64,000 bases of DNA, from the NCBI RefSeq assembly GCF_021028975.2, contig NC_059431.1, positions 43,462,001-43,526,000 on the forward strand. The letters run 5' to 3'. Every line of letters begins with the position of its first letter. Within the stretch, counting starts at the first letter, position 1. The position numbers and the translations under genes were made by a program. Shown one piece after another: positions 37,670 to 49,010 of the stretch. The stretch is from Sphaerodactylus townsendi. Taxonomy: Eukaryota. The notes below the pieces were generated by a model that ran no database searches, had not been told where the DNA came from, and was given only the letters and a program-made list of their open reading frames with translations.

Positions 37670-38150
37670 TGTAACCTCAGCTTGTGGGTTCTGTGGGGCA
37701 GTACTTGGAATGAGTTGCAACAACAATTTTTAAACAACAAAATGGTTTACTTTTCTTTACAGTTTACACTTTTAAAACATCAACATTTAACGTTACAATT
37801 CAAGGTCCTGTTCAGGTTGCATTTCAAGTCCTTCTATTTACAGTCTACTGATATTGCTTCAAGTCCAAGAATTGCTTCTTTGCAAAGTTGGCTGGCTCTA
37901 GGAGACTCCAAGGAAGCTTGATGAACAGGTTACACTGGCTATGATGAAGGTTTCCAGGAGAACTCTCACCCATTACAACCACAAAAGAAAACCCTTAACA
38001 AGGTGTTAAGGGCTTATAGAAATCAAGGTCCGAGTCTGGTACCCTTGTCTTCTGCAAGAAGCTCTTTCAGCCTTTCTGCTGCTCTGAGTCTCCACCCCCT
38101 TACCAGGTCAACCCATTCTGGGCCAATCCATTCTGGGCATGGGGGTTACA
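37670..38150 (-). mobile_element. Solo LTR
   Basis: tgtaacc...ggttaca inverted TG/CA ends. tataagcc and agtaaa signals on the minus strand. Homologous to 56718-57154. Confidence 0.8.
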
Positions 38151-38593
38151 TGTACAGGGTTTATGTGTAGATTGTGGGCAGTTGTTAAACTCTGGCTTCT
38201 CTTCAGATTGTATAAACACATGGGACCTCCATAGCGACTACTCTGTTTTAATCTACTGTGTGTTAGATATACAGGTTCAGAAACTATTGGCTTTTCAGAT
38301 TCTCAGACATATGTTTAGTATTTCTAGCTATCTGGATTTTTTAAATGTTTATGTTCGCAGCAATAAATAAGACTAACTCCTGCTGTTTAATGGAAATAGT
38401 ACTTTGCATACCTGAAATTGACAAGGTGCAGGGAAAGACAGTGGATGGATTTGGTAGCAGATAACCATATAATTGTATCAAGGGGTCAACATGGGAGCCT
38501 GTTTTCAGGACCTGGCTCAGCCAGCATCACATAAAACTAGACTTACTTTCCTTGACCCATGAAACAATCTGTGTCTAAAAAATGGGCTATTTC

Positions 38594-39330
38594 TGGTCGC
38601 TTCCCCACTTTAAAAAGTAACATTGAGCCAAACCGCGCTCCTTTGAATCGGTGCTTTTGAGTGCGAGGTCTGACTCCCCACTGCAACTTGTCCCTGTAGT
38701 AAACTTCGTGGCAGCCGCGAGCTTCATGACATGCAGTATTCCCCACAACCATGCGTTCAGTGGTCATCAGCAGGGCGCTTCTCTGTTCCGATTGGCTGGA
38801 ACGCCGGTTTGTGGGTGGAACTTGGTTTTAAAAAAACTGAAATCATCAACGAAACATCGACACGCACAGTCGTCATTGCAAGTTGAACCAATGCCTTTTT
38901 TCCTTTTTTTAAAAAAATGGTTTCTGATTGGCTGTCGTGCTGCGGCGCGAAAATTTGCGGAACACAGAAGTGCCCACTTTCCTTTCTCCTCCATTGCCTG
39001 AGATGAATGTTCTGAATGAACAATGAATGTTCTGAATGAACAATGAAAATAAGCTGTGTCCATGTGTGCTCAAAGCGACATGCAGACGAATGATTTCCTG
39101 GTAAAAAAATGGTGGAAGGAAATGCTGCGTGCGCAACGCGCATGCCCCGCAATGCCCTGATTGGTTCATGTCACCATGTGCGGCAGGAAATTCAAACCTG
39201 CAGTGATCCCCAGCTTCTCCACTGCCTTGCTGTCCCCCGCCGTCATTGTGGGGTTTTCAGAAATGTTGCTCGACCATCCAGGGGGAGAAATGACACTCGC
39301 TGAGTAGGACGGAGAGCGGCAGAGTCGGTA
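38594..39330. mobile_element. CpG-rich non-autonomous DNA transposon (Harbinger-like), right end truncated
   Basis: Starts ggtcgcttccccact. Abrupt CpG richness, several gattgg boxes and a 20-bp tandem duplication at about 39003-39045. Confidence 0.5.
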
Positions 39331-39339
39331 ATACAAATC

Positions 39340-39540
39340 TACAGAGGGAAGGAGGCATAGTGTTGCCCAGTCTTGTAAGATCTTGGAAGCTCACCAGGGT
39401 TTGTACTTGGATGGGAGACTACCAAGGAAGGCTCTGCTATAGAAGTCAATGGCATCCCACCTCTGCTTCTTATGAACCTTGAAAGCCCCTTGCTGGGGTC
39501 ACCATAAGATGGTTGCTACTTGATTGCACACATGTATGTA
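39340..39540 (+). mobile_element. 5S rRNA-derived SINE
   Basis: agatcttggaagctcaccagggtttgtacttggatgggagactaccaagg head plus BovB/Sauria tail ccttgaaagcccc..ggggtcaccataag. Confidence 0.78.
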
Positions 39541-39712
39541 AAAAGAAGCTACACTGGAAGTCTCCTGTCTTTATGAACAGAGGACAACATATCCTGTGTT
39601 GTGATGACTGATCTTTTCCTTATATATGGTGTGATTGTTTTTATCTTGAAAAATAAGTCTTTAAGATGGAGTTTCATGTTAATTCACAACAGTACGTTGA
39701 CTTGTTTCCACT

Positions 39713-39903
39713 GGGTTGGATTCAGACTCAGTTTTCCAATGGCAGGATAAAACTTTCCTAACTCCTCCACTTCATACTACAGCCTATTGTTCTGGTCAAA
39801 ATGCTGCTGTGTGGAGATAGGGACCCTAAAGACTGACATGAAGATAGTCTGCAGCAGGGAGGGGGAATTGGCAGAAATTGTTAACTCAGTCTGGATCCAA
39901 CCC
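39713..39903. mobile_element. Harbinger-type MITE
   Basis: TIRs gggttggattcagact / agtctggatccaaccc, with 3-bp TSD act. Confidence 0.75.
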
Positions 39904-40069
39904 ACTGACTGGTTTTAAAGATATGCAATACTTAATTCTACTATATTAAAATAAAGAGAAACCAATCTATTTAAATGTATAATACAGATTTTATTTGTGG
40001 ATTTATTTGTTTTCTGATCTTTGTGCATTTCTGATCTTCCTGCATTAAAATAAATCTAAGTTACATCAT

Positions 40070-40335
40070 GAGAGTCATTATGGTGTAGTGGTTAAGGTGT
40101 TGGACAAGGATCTGGGAAACCCAGGTTTGAATTATCTCTCTGACATGGAAATTTGCTGGGTGACCTTGGGCCATTCACACACTCTCAGCTTTGACCCTGG
40201 CAAATATTTGTATGGCAGACCTCTGGGGAATACCAGGGCTGTAATTCAGAGGCAGGTAATGGAAAACTACATCTGAACATCTCTTGCATTAAAATCCGTA
40301 TGGAGTTGTCATAAGTCTGCTGTGATTTGCCAGCA
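40070..40335 (+). mobile_element. Squam3/MIR-type SINE head fused to a 5S/BovB-type SINE 3' part
   Basis: tggtgtagtggttaag..gctgggtgaccttgggc to about 40190, then accctggcaaatatttgtatggcagacc..tcttgc..cataagtc. Confidence 0.6.
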
Positions 40336-40470
40336 AAAAAACCCCAAACCCTAATAACTAATCCAGTTTATTAAATATCTCCTTTATCATACGTTTTCTC
40401 ATGTGCTATGTAACAATGTACTTTTTCCTGAAATAGGTTTTTAGGACAAGTTTATATGGTAATTTGCTGC

Positions 40471-40949
40471 AGTCATTGAAGTAGCTACTTTCCACTGGAT
40501 TCCATTTACAAGTGACTTATATTACAGTTAAGACTAGCATAAGTACATTACTGGCTGATGGGGAAAGGGGGGCTACCAGCCCATGAATAAAACATACTGA
40601 ACAAATGGTTTATTTGTAGTATAAAATTTGGTCACAATCTGGCTTCATTGATTACTGGGATAGGAAGCAAAGGGATGAATGGATCCTGTCCACTGGGTAG
40701 TGTGCCTGCTGAACTTCCCCAGCCCTAGACTGGAAGAATCAGAGCAGCAAGTTGATGGGAGCCATTTCAACACTGGCGACTAGATGGATCTCCCCTCGCT
40801 GCCTGGGGGTGAGGGCCTGCTGGCAGCCCAGAACCTGGGCATGCGGCAGTGAAGTCCACCTCATTGTTGAAGTCATTGAAGTAACTATTTTCCACTGGAT
40901 TCCATTTACAAGTGGCCTGTATTACAGTTAAGACTAGCATAAGTACATT
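40471..40949. repeat. 79-bp direct repeats (40471-40549, 40871-40949) flanking a 321-bp insert
   Basis: The copies differ at 5 of 79 positions, all transitions. Spacing is exactly 400 bp. Confidence 0.93.
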
Positions 40950-41617
40950 CATTTCAAACTAGTCAGAACATACTGTGAAATACTTTTGACAATCTATCTG
41001 AACAAAGGTTTTCTGTGAATGTGATTTCTATTATTGCTTCCTCAGAGCCTTATCCATTGACTTTCCTGGTAAGTGTTGGGTGAGGGTACAATGAATTATT
41101 AAGCTGGCATTGGAAAAAAAGCTGGCAGCAGATGAGAAACAGGAGCTAAAGAAATAGTGAGACAGACTTATAAAGATAAAGGCTAAGCACAACACATATA
41201 GATGGGATTTGGAGTGGCATTAGAACCACTCTGATTTATTTATTTTATTAATTTATTCATTCAATTTATATGCCGCTTTCCTGAAACGGCTTAGAGTGGC
41301 TTACATTTACAGTCAAAGACATTAATAACTAGTACATTCAATATCTAAATAAAACAACTAAAACACATAATTTAAACAAGTTAAAAACATGCAACCGATA
41401 AAAATCGTTGTGTGCTCCCACCCTCCTAGGAGAGTCTGGTAGTGATTCAGATAACAGCTGAAAAGTAATAGGAAGGGAAGCTAATCGTAAACTGCTTTGA
41501 GACTCCTTTCACTAGAGAAAAGCAACTTCTTCTAAGTCCATTAATTTGAAAGGTATTGTTCTTTTTTATGGTTAAGGTTACTGAAGAAAAGGAAACGTGT
41601 AGATCTAAATTTGGAAA

Positions 41618-42523
41618 TCTATATTAATAAAAATGTAAGTGTTTGTTTGTTCCAAATCTCAAATCTCCAAAAGTATCTCATCGATTGCTCTGAAATTTGG
41701 TACAACGTTCCATTCGACTCCACATGTGTTTTTATGCACTCCTTTCAAATTTTGACACAATGTTGCGTCAGCCAATCAGGACCCATGCTTCTTTCTTCAC
41801 ATGCTTTTGGTAAATGGACCCTCAAAGGGGTTGCTTCAAAATCCCAAATCTCCAAAAGTCCTTCACCGATTGCCCTGAAATTTGGACACAACATTCCATT
41901 CGACTCTAAACTGTGGCAAGATAAACAGGGCGAAATTTTGAAGATATGGACAATATATGTGGACCAGATGAAAGAAGCCAGAGTCAATGAGGAGATATGG
42001 GAGAAGAGATTACAAAGAATGAACTTACTGCTGTTTTTTTTATAAAACTATGAATAAAATACAGAGAGGGGAAAAGGGGGGGAAATGTATTGCTTGAAAA
42101 CGAATGAAGAAGAGTATTAATATAAAAAGGAATATTCAAATGATACGATAAAATGTTTTTAAAAACATTCCATTTGAGGCCATGCATGTTTTTATGCATT
42201 CCTTTCGAATTTTGATACAACGTTGCATCAGCCGATCAGGATCCATGCTTCTTCCTTCACATGCTGTTGGTAAATCGACCCTCAAAGGGGTGACATGCAA
42301 GGGAAGGGGGGTGAGGGAGGGAAGGGAGTGAGGGGTGGCATGCAAGGGAGGAGATGGAGGGGGCCCAGCATCTGGACATGGCCCACCCACCCTAGCAAAG
42401 GGAGGGGGTGCGGAGGGTGGGGGAGGGGTGGCATGCAAAGGAATGGGAGGGAGTTAGGGGTGGCATGCACCAGATGGCATTTCACCAGATGAGTCACAGC
42501 AACTTGTGGCTGGGTACAGCTAG
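41618..42523 (+). mobile_element. Non-autonomous Helitron-like element
   Basis: A|TCtatattaataaa 5' end. The 3' hairpin (gtcacagcaacttgtggc) lies just upstream of CTAG|T. Internal tandem subunits; no TSD. Confidence 0.75.
41909..42163 (+). mobile_element. L1/Tx1-like LINE 3' end inserted in the Helitron
   Basis: A-rich insert with a KIWTIYVDQM-type ORF end, flanked by a duplicated aacattccatt(c/t)ga. Confidence 0.5.
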
Positions 42524-44011
42524 TATGAACATAAAAAACAAACATGATATTGTCCAAAAGTCAGACTCTAAATATATAGGCTGGAATCCAAAAAGCAGCT
42601 TAAATTATGAAAGTGGCTTGTGCTAACCTACTGGCTTAGCATAGCTTTTTTAAAAACAACAACAGCAACAATCCTGAATTCCATATCATGTCATCAACTG
42701 CTTGGAGACCTCAGAATAACTTTTGCATGTGGCATTAAGCTTCTGAACCTCAAACATAAAAATGAGGGTGAGCATTATAGAATGAGATTCACAGTTTGGA
42801 TCCTTGCCATAGAAAGAAATCTTCAAAGAAAACCAGTTGATGTGTTTCTGAACAGTCACCTCTGGTGATGCTTCCTTAGCCTTTTCAGAATTTTTATCAA
42901 CATTGTGCCAAACTCATAATCTGTCTTTCCCTGATCTAGAAGCACAAACACATTTGGAATATGTATTCTGTATAACCATTTGAAAATAGAGATGATAAGT
43001 AAAACCCATTATTTGTCTAAACAGCAATACATGCGATTACTTTGTACTGTCTCAGCATTACAACTGTTACAAGCATTGTTCCAATGTTGTCATTTTCTTC
43101 TTGTCATTCTATTTACGCTGCTAATGGAAATTATTGCGTTCACAAAATGCTGTTTTCTGGATTAACATTATTTTCATGTATATTTCATGTGTTGTGTGAT
43201 ATGATCCATTGTTTCCTGATGTGATATTTTGGGACTTTAGAGAAAGATGAAAATAGTTCCCCATCCTACAACACTTACAGCACATCACTCAACCATAAAA
43301 TTGTCTGGTACAATTCAGCCTGATTGGCGGCTGTATCTCCTCCATACTGGAATAGCAAGGGCACCGAGGAGGGCAAGCTAGGGTTTCAGTAGCAGTGCTA
43401 TGTCTGGAGACTCTATTGACTGCAAGAAAACAAAGGAAGGAAGGAAAAGAAACCAATCCAGCTCACAGTAAATACTGTGAATTTAAGATTTGTCTGCTCT
43501 ATTCCCCCCACCTTCCCAACCCTTAAAATATTAAATCAGTTTAAAGCAATAAGCAAAAGGCAGAAACAACACACTGAGGGTTTTTTTAAAAAAAATAAAA
43601 CACATAAACAGGAGCTGTGTCCACTGCATTACAGTTTGCAAATGCTCCCTGGAAAGAGTGAAGTACTTTAATACACTTCTGAATTTGGAAACTAACAAAT
43701 CTGTGTTGGTCAATTCCCTTGAAGCAACATTTGACAAAACATGCAAACTGAATGGATGGAAAAACATTTTTTTTAAAAAAAAACTGAACAATAATTTGGT
43801 AAATATGCATATCTGCATATTATACATACATCTATTTCAAGATAGCAATAAAACAGACGTTTAGACAGGAATTAAACATGCATATACAAGGTGTTTATTT
43901 CCACCACCATCCAGCAGTTTGCGATCTAGGACACTTGTATTTGAAAGAGCTTCCTCATTCACTTCTGTGATTTAAATGCATTATTAAAATAATCTGGTTG
44001 TCAAATACTGC

Positions 44012-44141
44012 CAGGGCCAGAGCGAGGGGAAACTGCGCCCGAGGCATAAGTGCGCCCTGCGCCCCTGCCACACCCTGCCTCCACCCCAGTGCGAGCCCAG
44101 TGTGTCACGCACCCCTCCGTCCCCTTGGTGCTATCCCATTG
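44012..44141. mobile_element. hAT MITE
   Basis: cagggccagagcg..gcgccc / ggtgctatcccattg ends. Imperfect 8-bp TSD aatactgc / tatactgg. Confidence 0.6.
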
Positions 44142-44187
44142 TATACTGGCTATAGGAAATAATAGCCCCATTTTTTTCCTCTATGGT

Positions 44188-44275
44188 CAGTAGACTTAGC
44201 TTCTAAGGCCATTAGCTTAGCTTCTAAGGCCAGTAGACTTAGCTTCTAAGGCCATTAGCTAAGCTTCTAAGGCCA
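44188..44275. repeat. Minisatellite of 21/22-bp monomers forming a 43-bp dimer, 2 copies
   Basis: The agcttctaaggcc core occurs 4 times, alternating agtagactt and attagct(t/a). Confidence 0.9.
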
Positions 44276-44867
44276 CAGTGTACTGTACCTTTAAATCCTA
44301 AAGATACTTTATTTTCTATAGCAGCAAGGCAGGTCTCCTCACAGAAAAAAATGGTGCTTTAAAGTTTTGAGTGACTGTGTGCTGTGGAACAACTGAAAGC
44401 TGGGCTGCATGCATCCTGGTCTTTTCTCTGTTTACTGAGAGGATGAAAATATGACATTGCAGGAAAAGGTGGGGTATAAATAAGATAAATAAATAAAAAA
44501 TTAAGCTAAAGATTGGGCAGATAAAAGGTACATTTATTGGTGGGTTGAAAGGATGGAGGGAAGGAGGGAAGGAGGGAAAGGGGAAATGATATAGAAAGAG
44601 GAAATAGTGTGTGTGTGTGTGTGGGGGGGGATTGAATAAAATGCACCAGAAATCCCTCATTTGTTTTATTCTATTTGTAAAGTGTTATAAGAGTCCTTTG
44701 GGTTAGGTGGTTGTATACAAAATGTTGGAAAGAGAGAAAATAGGTGCTCTGTCACTCTGTATTACTTTTGTTTTCTCAAGCTATGATAGTTACTCTTGTA
44801 GTGTGCCTAGCTAATATCTTGCCTCAAAAGACTGTTATTGAACTAGATGATTTTTTGCATGTCACTT

Positions 44868-45005
44868 TGTTCAGGTTATCATGATCTCATTTCTTCTCAG
44901 AAGCTAAGCAGGGTTGACCCTGGCAAGTATTTGGATCAGATATCTCCAAGGAGTACTTGAGACATGACACAGAGGCAGACAATGACAAACCACCTCTGGA
45001 TTTTT
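44868..45005 (+). mobile_element. 5S rRNA-derived SINE
   Basis: tctcagaagctaagcagggttgaccctggcaagtatttggat head, then aatgacaaaccacctctg. Confidence 0.72.
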
Positions 45006-47061
45006 CTTATACTGCAGTCTGGGGATGGGGTTAGTTGCATCACAGCCAGGGACATCACAGCCATGGCATATCCATACCCATTCCCAAAGGGCTCATTGTG
45101 CTGTGGCCAGCAAGCCAACAAGAGTGCTCCTCCAACCCTTGTGGATCTGCTCTATGCAGCTCCATGGGCTGCACCTATCTTTTTTGCCAACATAAGTCTA
45201 CACTGGCAAATGGGGTGTTCCCAGGCTGAAAGGGCTCAGGAAGCTGACTAAAGCTATCACTACTCCCAAGAACACCTCCTTTGGCACCAGTGCAGACTCC
45301 TGCGCTGGCAGAATGCTGGCTTGTGGTGCATAGCACTGCTGCATTGCTACCCTACACCAACACAAGTGCCTCTGTGCTGGCAGGAGCATCCCTTGCACCT
45401 GTGAAAATGGCATTTATGCCACAATGTGGCCATGCTGCATTCTGGTTCTTCTCCCCCCCCCTTCCGCCCCCCGCTGGAAGCACTGTTAGGCCTAGTTTAA
45501 ATGTAGGTATGGGCTCTTTCCCCCACAAACCTTACTGCTATTGGATTCTGTGAGTTTGATATGAGAGAAGCTAGTGCCTGTGACTCAGAGCCATGGACAT
45601 CAGGTATGCTCATTCTTCTTGTCTAGGGTTTCATTGACCTGGTTTAAATATAAAGTTGAGCATATGGATGCCTGCATAGATAAGTGATTTACAGCCCAAT
45701 TCAGATATTAGAGGTGGCCAGGGATGGTGATGCTGCTGCGCTGCCCTGCCCTGCCAATCTCATTTAAACCAGGTTTATTAAAAATAATTTCCTATTCCTT
45801 GAGCCAACATCAAGCAAGTCATTCATATTTCTCAATTTTATGAATGTAGAAAATGCTTCCAAAGAGCGTATAATTGTAGTACCCTACCTTTTCCTTCATC
45901 TTCTTTTTTTTTTTTTACAATGTACCATGCTGGATTACAGGACTCTAAAAATGAATAATTCTGCCTTTGACAAAATGCTAAGGGCATTACAATGTTGTAA
46001 TCCAAATAACCACAATAACTACAGACATAATTATGCCACTGGAATTAATATTGTTTTCTACTCCCTTTGAGTAATCTTAAAATAGAAGTCTTTGATGGTT
46101 AAATTTTAATGGAACAATCAAAGAGTAGTTAATTCCACAGCATGAGGCATCCTTTGTGCACAGTTCTGGGGTTAGGAATGCTCAGGTTTTGCAATGACCT
46201 GGTTGACTAAATATCCCCAGATGATTTGCAGTATTGTTAAATTAGCTGTGTATATAAAAAATTTCCTGTACAGAGATTTACTCAATTAAATGAAAAATAA
46301 GAGGTTTTAAGAGCCAGTTTTGTCTTTCCTAGATCAGAATCAGCAAGCTCTTGAATATCAGTGTCTCAGAAGTTAATCTGTTTGATCATCATCTGAAACT
46401 CCATTTCATTCTTATCAGTTAAATGTTGTGGCAGATTGCAAGCTTTCCTTATTATCTTGTTAAATCAGTAGGTGAAAGCATTCCCCCCCTTTAAAACATC
46501 TTTTATTAATGTTAATATGCCAGATGGGACAAATTAAAATGGTTCTGTTCCACATGCTGCCACTACACACAGTCTCACCACATCATTTATTGGTTAAGAA
46601 AACACAAGAAAATGATAGGTGTAGTATATGCCTGCAATAAATTTTTTGAAAATGCTGGTAGTCTCGGCCTAGAATAGATCTAGGTTTGGCTGCTAAGCAG
46701 TGCAAATAGAATAAATGTTGAGGAAGGCAACTTCCCCTCCTCTCTCCACAGTCTTATCTGATCCCCAAAATTATGCTTTTTCGGGGGATGGTGAATCAGA
46801 AGGAACAGTGAGGCAAGGAATTTAGGAGACTGAAACAGCAGGGGAAACTCAGTAAAACAGCCCTCATCTTCCACCCACAACAGGATGCTAAAGCTACTAA
46901 AGGGTTGAGTGATAGTGCTTAACACTCATCTTTTCCCCATCCGCTCTGCTTCTCAAGCAAATGTTGAGCAGTTATAAATGCCTCGTGGTTCTCATCAATT
47001 AGGCCTACTTGAATTCTGGCAATCCATCCTATTCCTTCTAACCCTGGTTATGCCATAAATA

Positions 47062-47149
47062 GAACAAAAGTCTAGTAGCACCTTAAAAACAAACAACATT
47101 TATTTCAGTGTGAGTTTTTTGTGAATCATAGCTCACTTCTTTAGATATG
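47062..47149 (-). mobile_element. Penelope-like pseudo-LTR fragment
   Basis: Reverse complement atctaaagaagtgagctatgattcac..ttaaggtgctactagact, the typical squamate Penelope terminus with a decayed hammerhead core. Confidence 0.6.
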
Positions 47150-47479
47150 TAGAAACCAACCCTCCTTTTTCTTAAATGGAAAAATTACATTTGGACAGAA
47201 TTCACCCTATAAGAAGGAAGTTTGATTTCCCAGCAATTCCCCATAAGTTTGATTTCCCAGCAATTGCTTATAGCAGCTGGATAATGAAAAGATAAGAAAA
47301 AACTTAGTAGTACTCTATAGAACAAATATCATAGTGACTCCATGCCATAAATAATCATGAGACCAAGGTATTAATAATACCATACAACATGAGGCAGGTG
47401 GAAAAAAGTCCATGTTCAGAGCTAATTTGAAGGAGATCCCCAAAATTCCTTCTTGGCCTCTAACAGCTACCAGCCTGCT

Positions 47480-47672
47480 GTTGTATGTTTTCAAGAATGT
47501 GTGGCTATTGTCTGGTAGTTTTAGCTCCTAACATTTCACCCACATCTATGGCTGCAATCTTCAGAGGCATGTCATGGCATGATATATTTCTTTTTGTGGC
47601 ACACAGCCCACAACCTTACAGCCTGGGAAACCCACAACAGCCAGTTGATTCTGGCTGTGAAAGCCTTCAACT
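47480..47672. mobile_element. Penelope-like element: inverted terminal fragments
   Basis: tcctaacatttcacccacatctatggc..tcttcagagg on the minus strand, then acagcctgggaaacccacaacagccagttgattctggctgtgaaagccttc on the plus strand. Confidence 0.65.
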
Positions 47673-47877
47673 GCCCACTTATGTTAAGTTGCTCCAAATG
47701 GAAGGATGGGTCAGCAGCCAACCATAAATTCCTGAATAGAAAGGATAGTCCTACTAATAAGCTTCTTAACTCTGGCAGGGCATTAGCCCAAGTCAAGCAG
47801 TTATGCCTTCTGCTATGTTTGAGTTAGAGAAGCTGGCTCAAGCAAAGCCTTTCTTCTTTAAAAGGAGTTTATCAAGT

Positions 47878-47977
47878 GCCAGTGTGGTATAATGGATACT
47901 GTCAGGTGATGATTCTCAATGACCAGGGTTCAAATACCACTTCTACCATGTAAGCTTACTAGGTGATCTCTGGTCCA
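47878..47977 (+). mobile_element. MIR/Squam3-type SINE head
   Basis: gccagtgtggtataatgg..ccagggttcaaatacc A/B boxes. Confidence 0.55.
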
Positions 47978-47979
47978 TT

Positions 47980-48273
47980 ACAAAATTGTAGCTGGGCCAA
48001 CTGTTGCATGGTGATCCGGGAAGAGGAGGAGAAGGAGGACCAAGCTGGTAACATGGGACCAAGGGGAGAGGAAAGGCAGGAGGGGTGAATGCCCTTTGGT
48101 AGGCACCATTAACCCTTGCATGCTGATACAGGCATCTGGAAAGAAGATGAGGAGGAGGGTGTTGGGGACATGGCCCTGAGGAAAGTGGTTGCCCCCCTTG
48201 GTGAGTGCCATTAACACAGCAACAGTTTTCTAGAGCCCTTTGTATTTGTTCATACAATGGGCTTTACTGCTAG
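47980..48273 (+). mobile_element. Helitron-like 3' end
   Basis: Hairpin agccctttgtat...atacaatgggct followed by gCTAG|T. Confidence 0.55.
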
Positions 48274-48559
48274 TAAAATAAATTCCCATATATCATGACT
48301 GATAAAATCTATTTGATCTTTATAAAATTCGTCCAGCAGCGATGAACACATCATTAGAAAAGGATAAAGGCCCAATAGTTTGAATAAACTGTTTTCTGTG
48401 TCATTCAAAAGTAAATCATCTTGACCTGACAGATCTAAACATTTGCAAGTATATGTCTTATTTGCTTCAGGGAGAGGGGTGTAGGTAATTGAATTGGCAT
48501 GGTAGGAGAATTTGAGATTATCTTGGAATAGATGGATATTCTGGACTTATACTTATCTC

Positions 48560-49010
48560 CCCTTAGAACAAGGTCTGGAAATGGGATCTTGCACATTCAT
48601 TAAAAGATTTCGATAGTATTTGACACCAGAGGTAATAAAATCCCTCAAGACTGCCTGAGATGGTTGGGAATTGGGGCACCACATTATGATGGCTCACTCC
48701 TACCTGACAGGTATTGATCGAAGAGTATGGTTGAATAACATCTAGTCTGGCCCATGGGATTTAATCCTGTAGGGTACTTCTAGATTCTTTCCCACCCCCT
48801 GTACATTCCAGCAACATATACAACTGCTGGGAAATAACAGCTCAAAACTACAGAGACACCATAATACTGATTACACTTAATTCTTTTCCCCCTTTTTTCA
48901 GCACATCCACAAATAATGGTGACATCCCTGAACAAAAACCTAATTGTGGTTATGGAATGGATAAGGTTCAGAAAATAAATCTTAACTCAGACAAAACAAA
49001 ACTTATTTTA
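48560..49010 (+). mobile_element. Old L2-type RT fragment
   Basis: Decayed FDT..I, GIG.T.L.W..SYL and WM....LN.DKT motifs. Confidence 0.45.
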
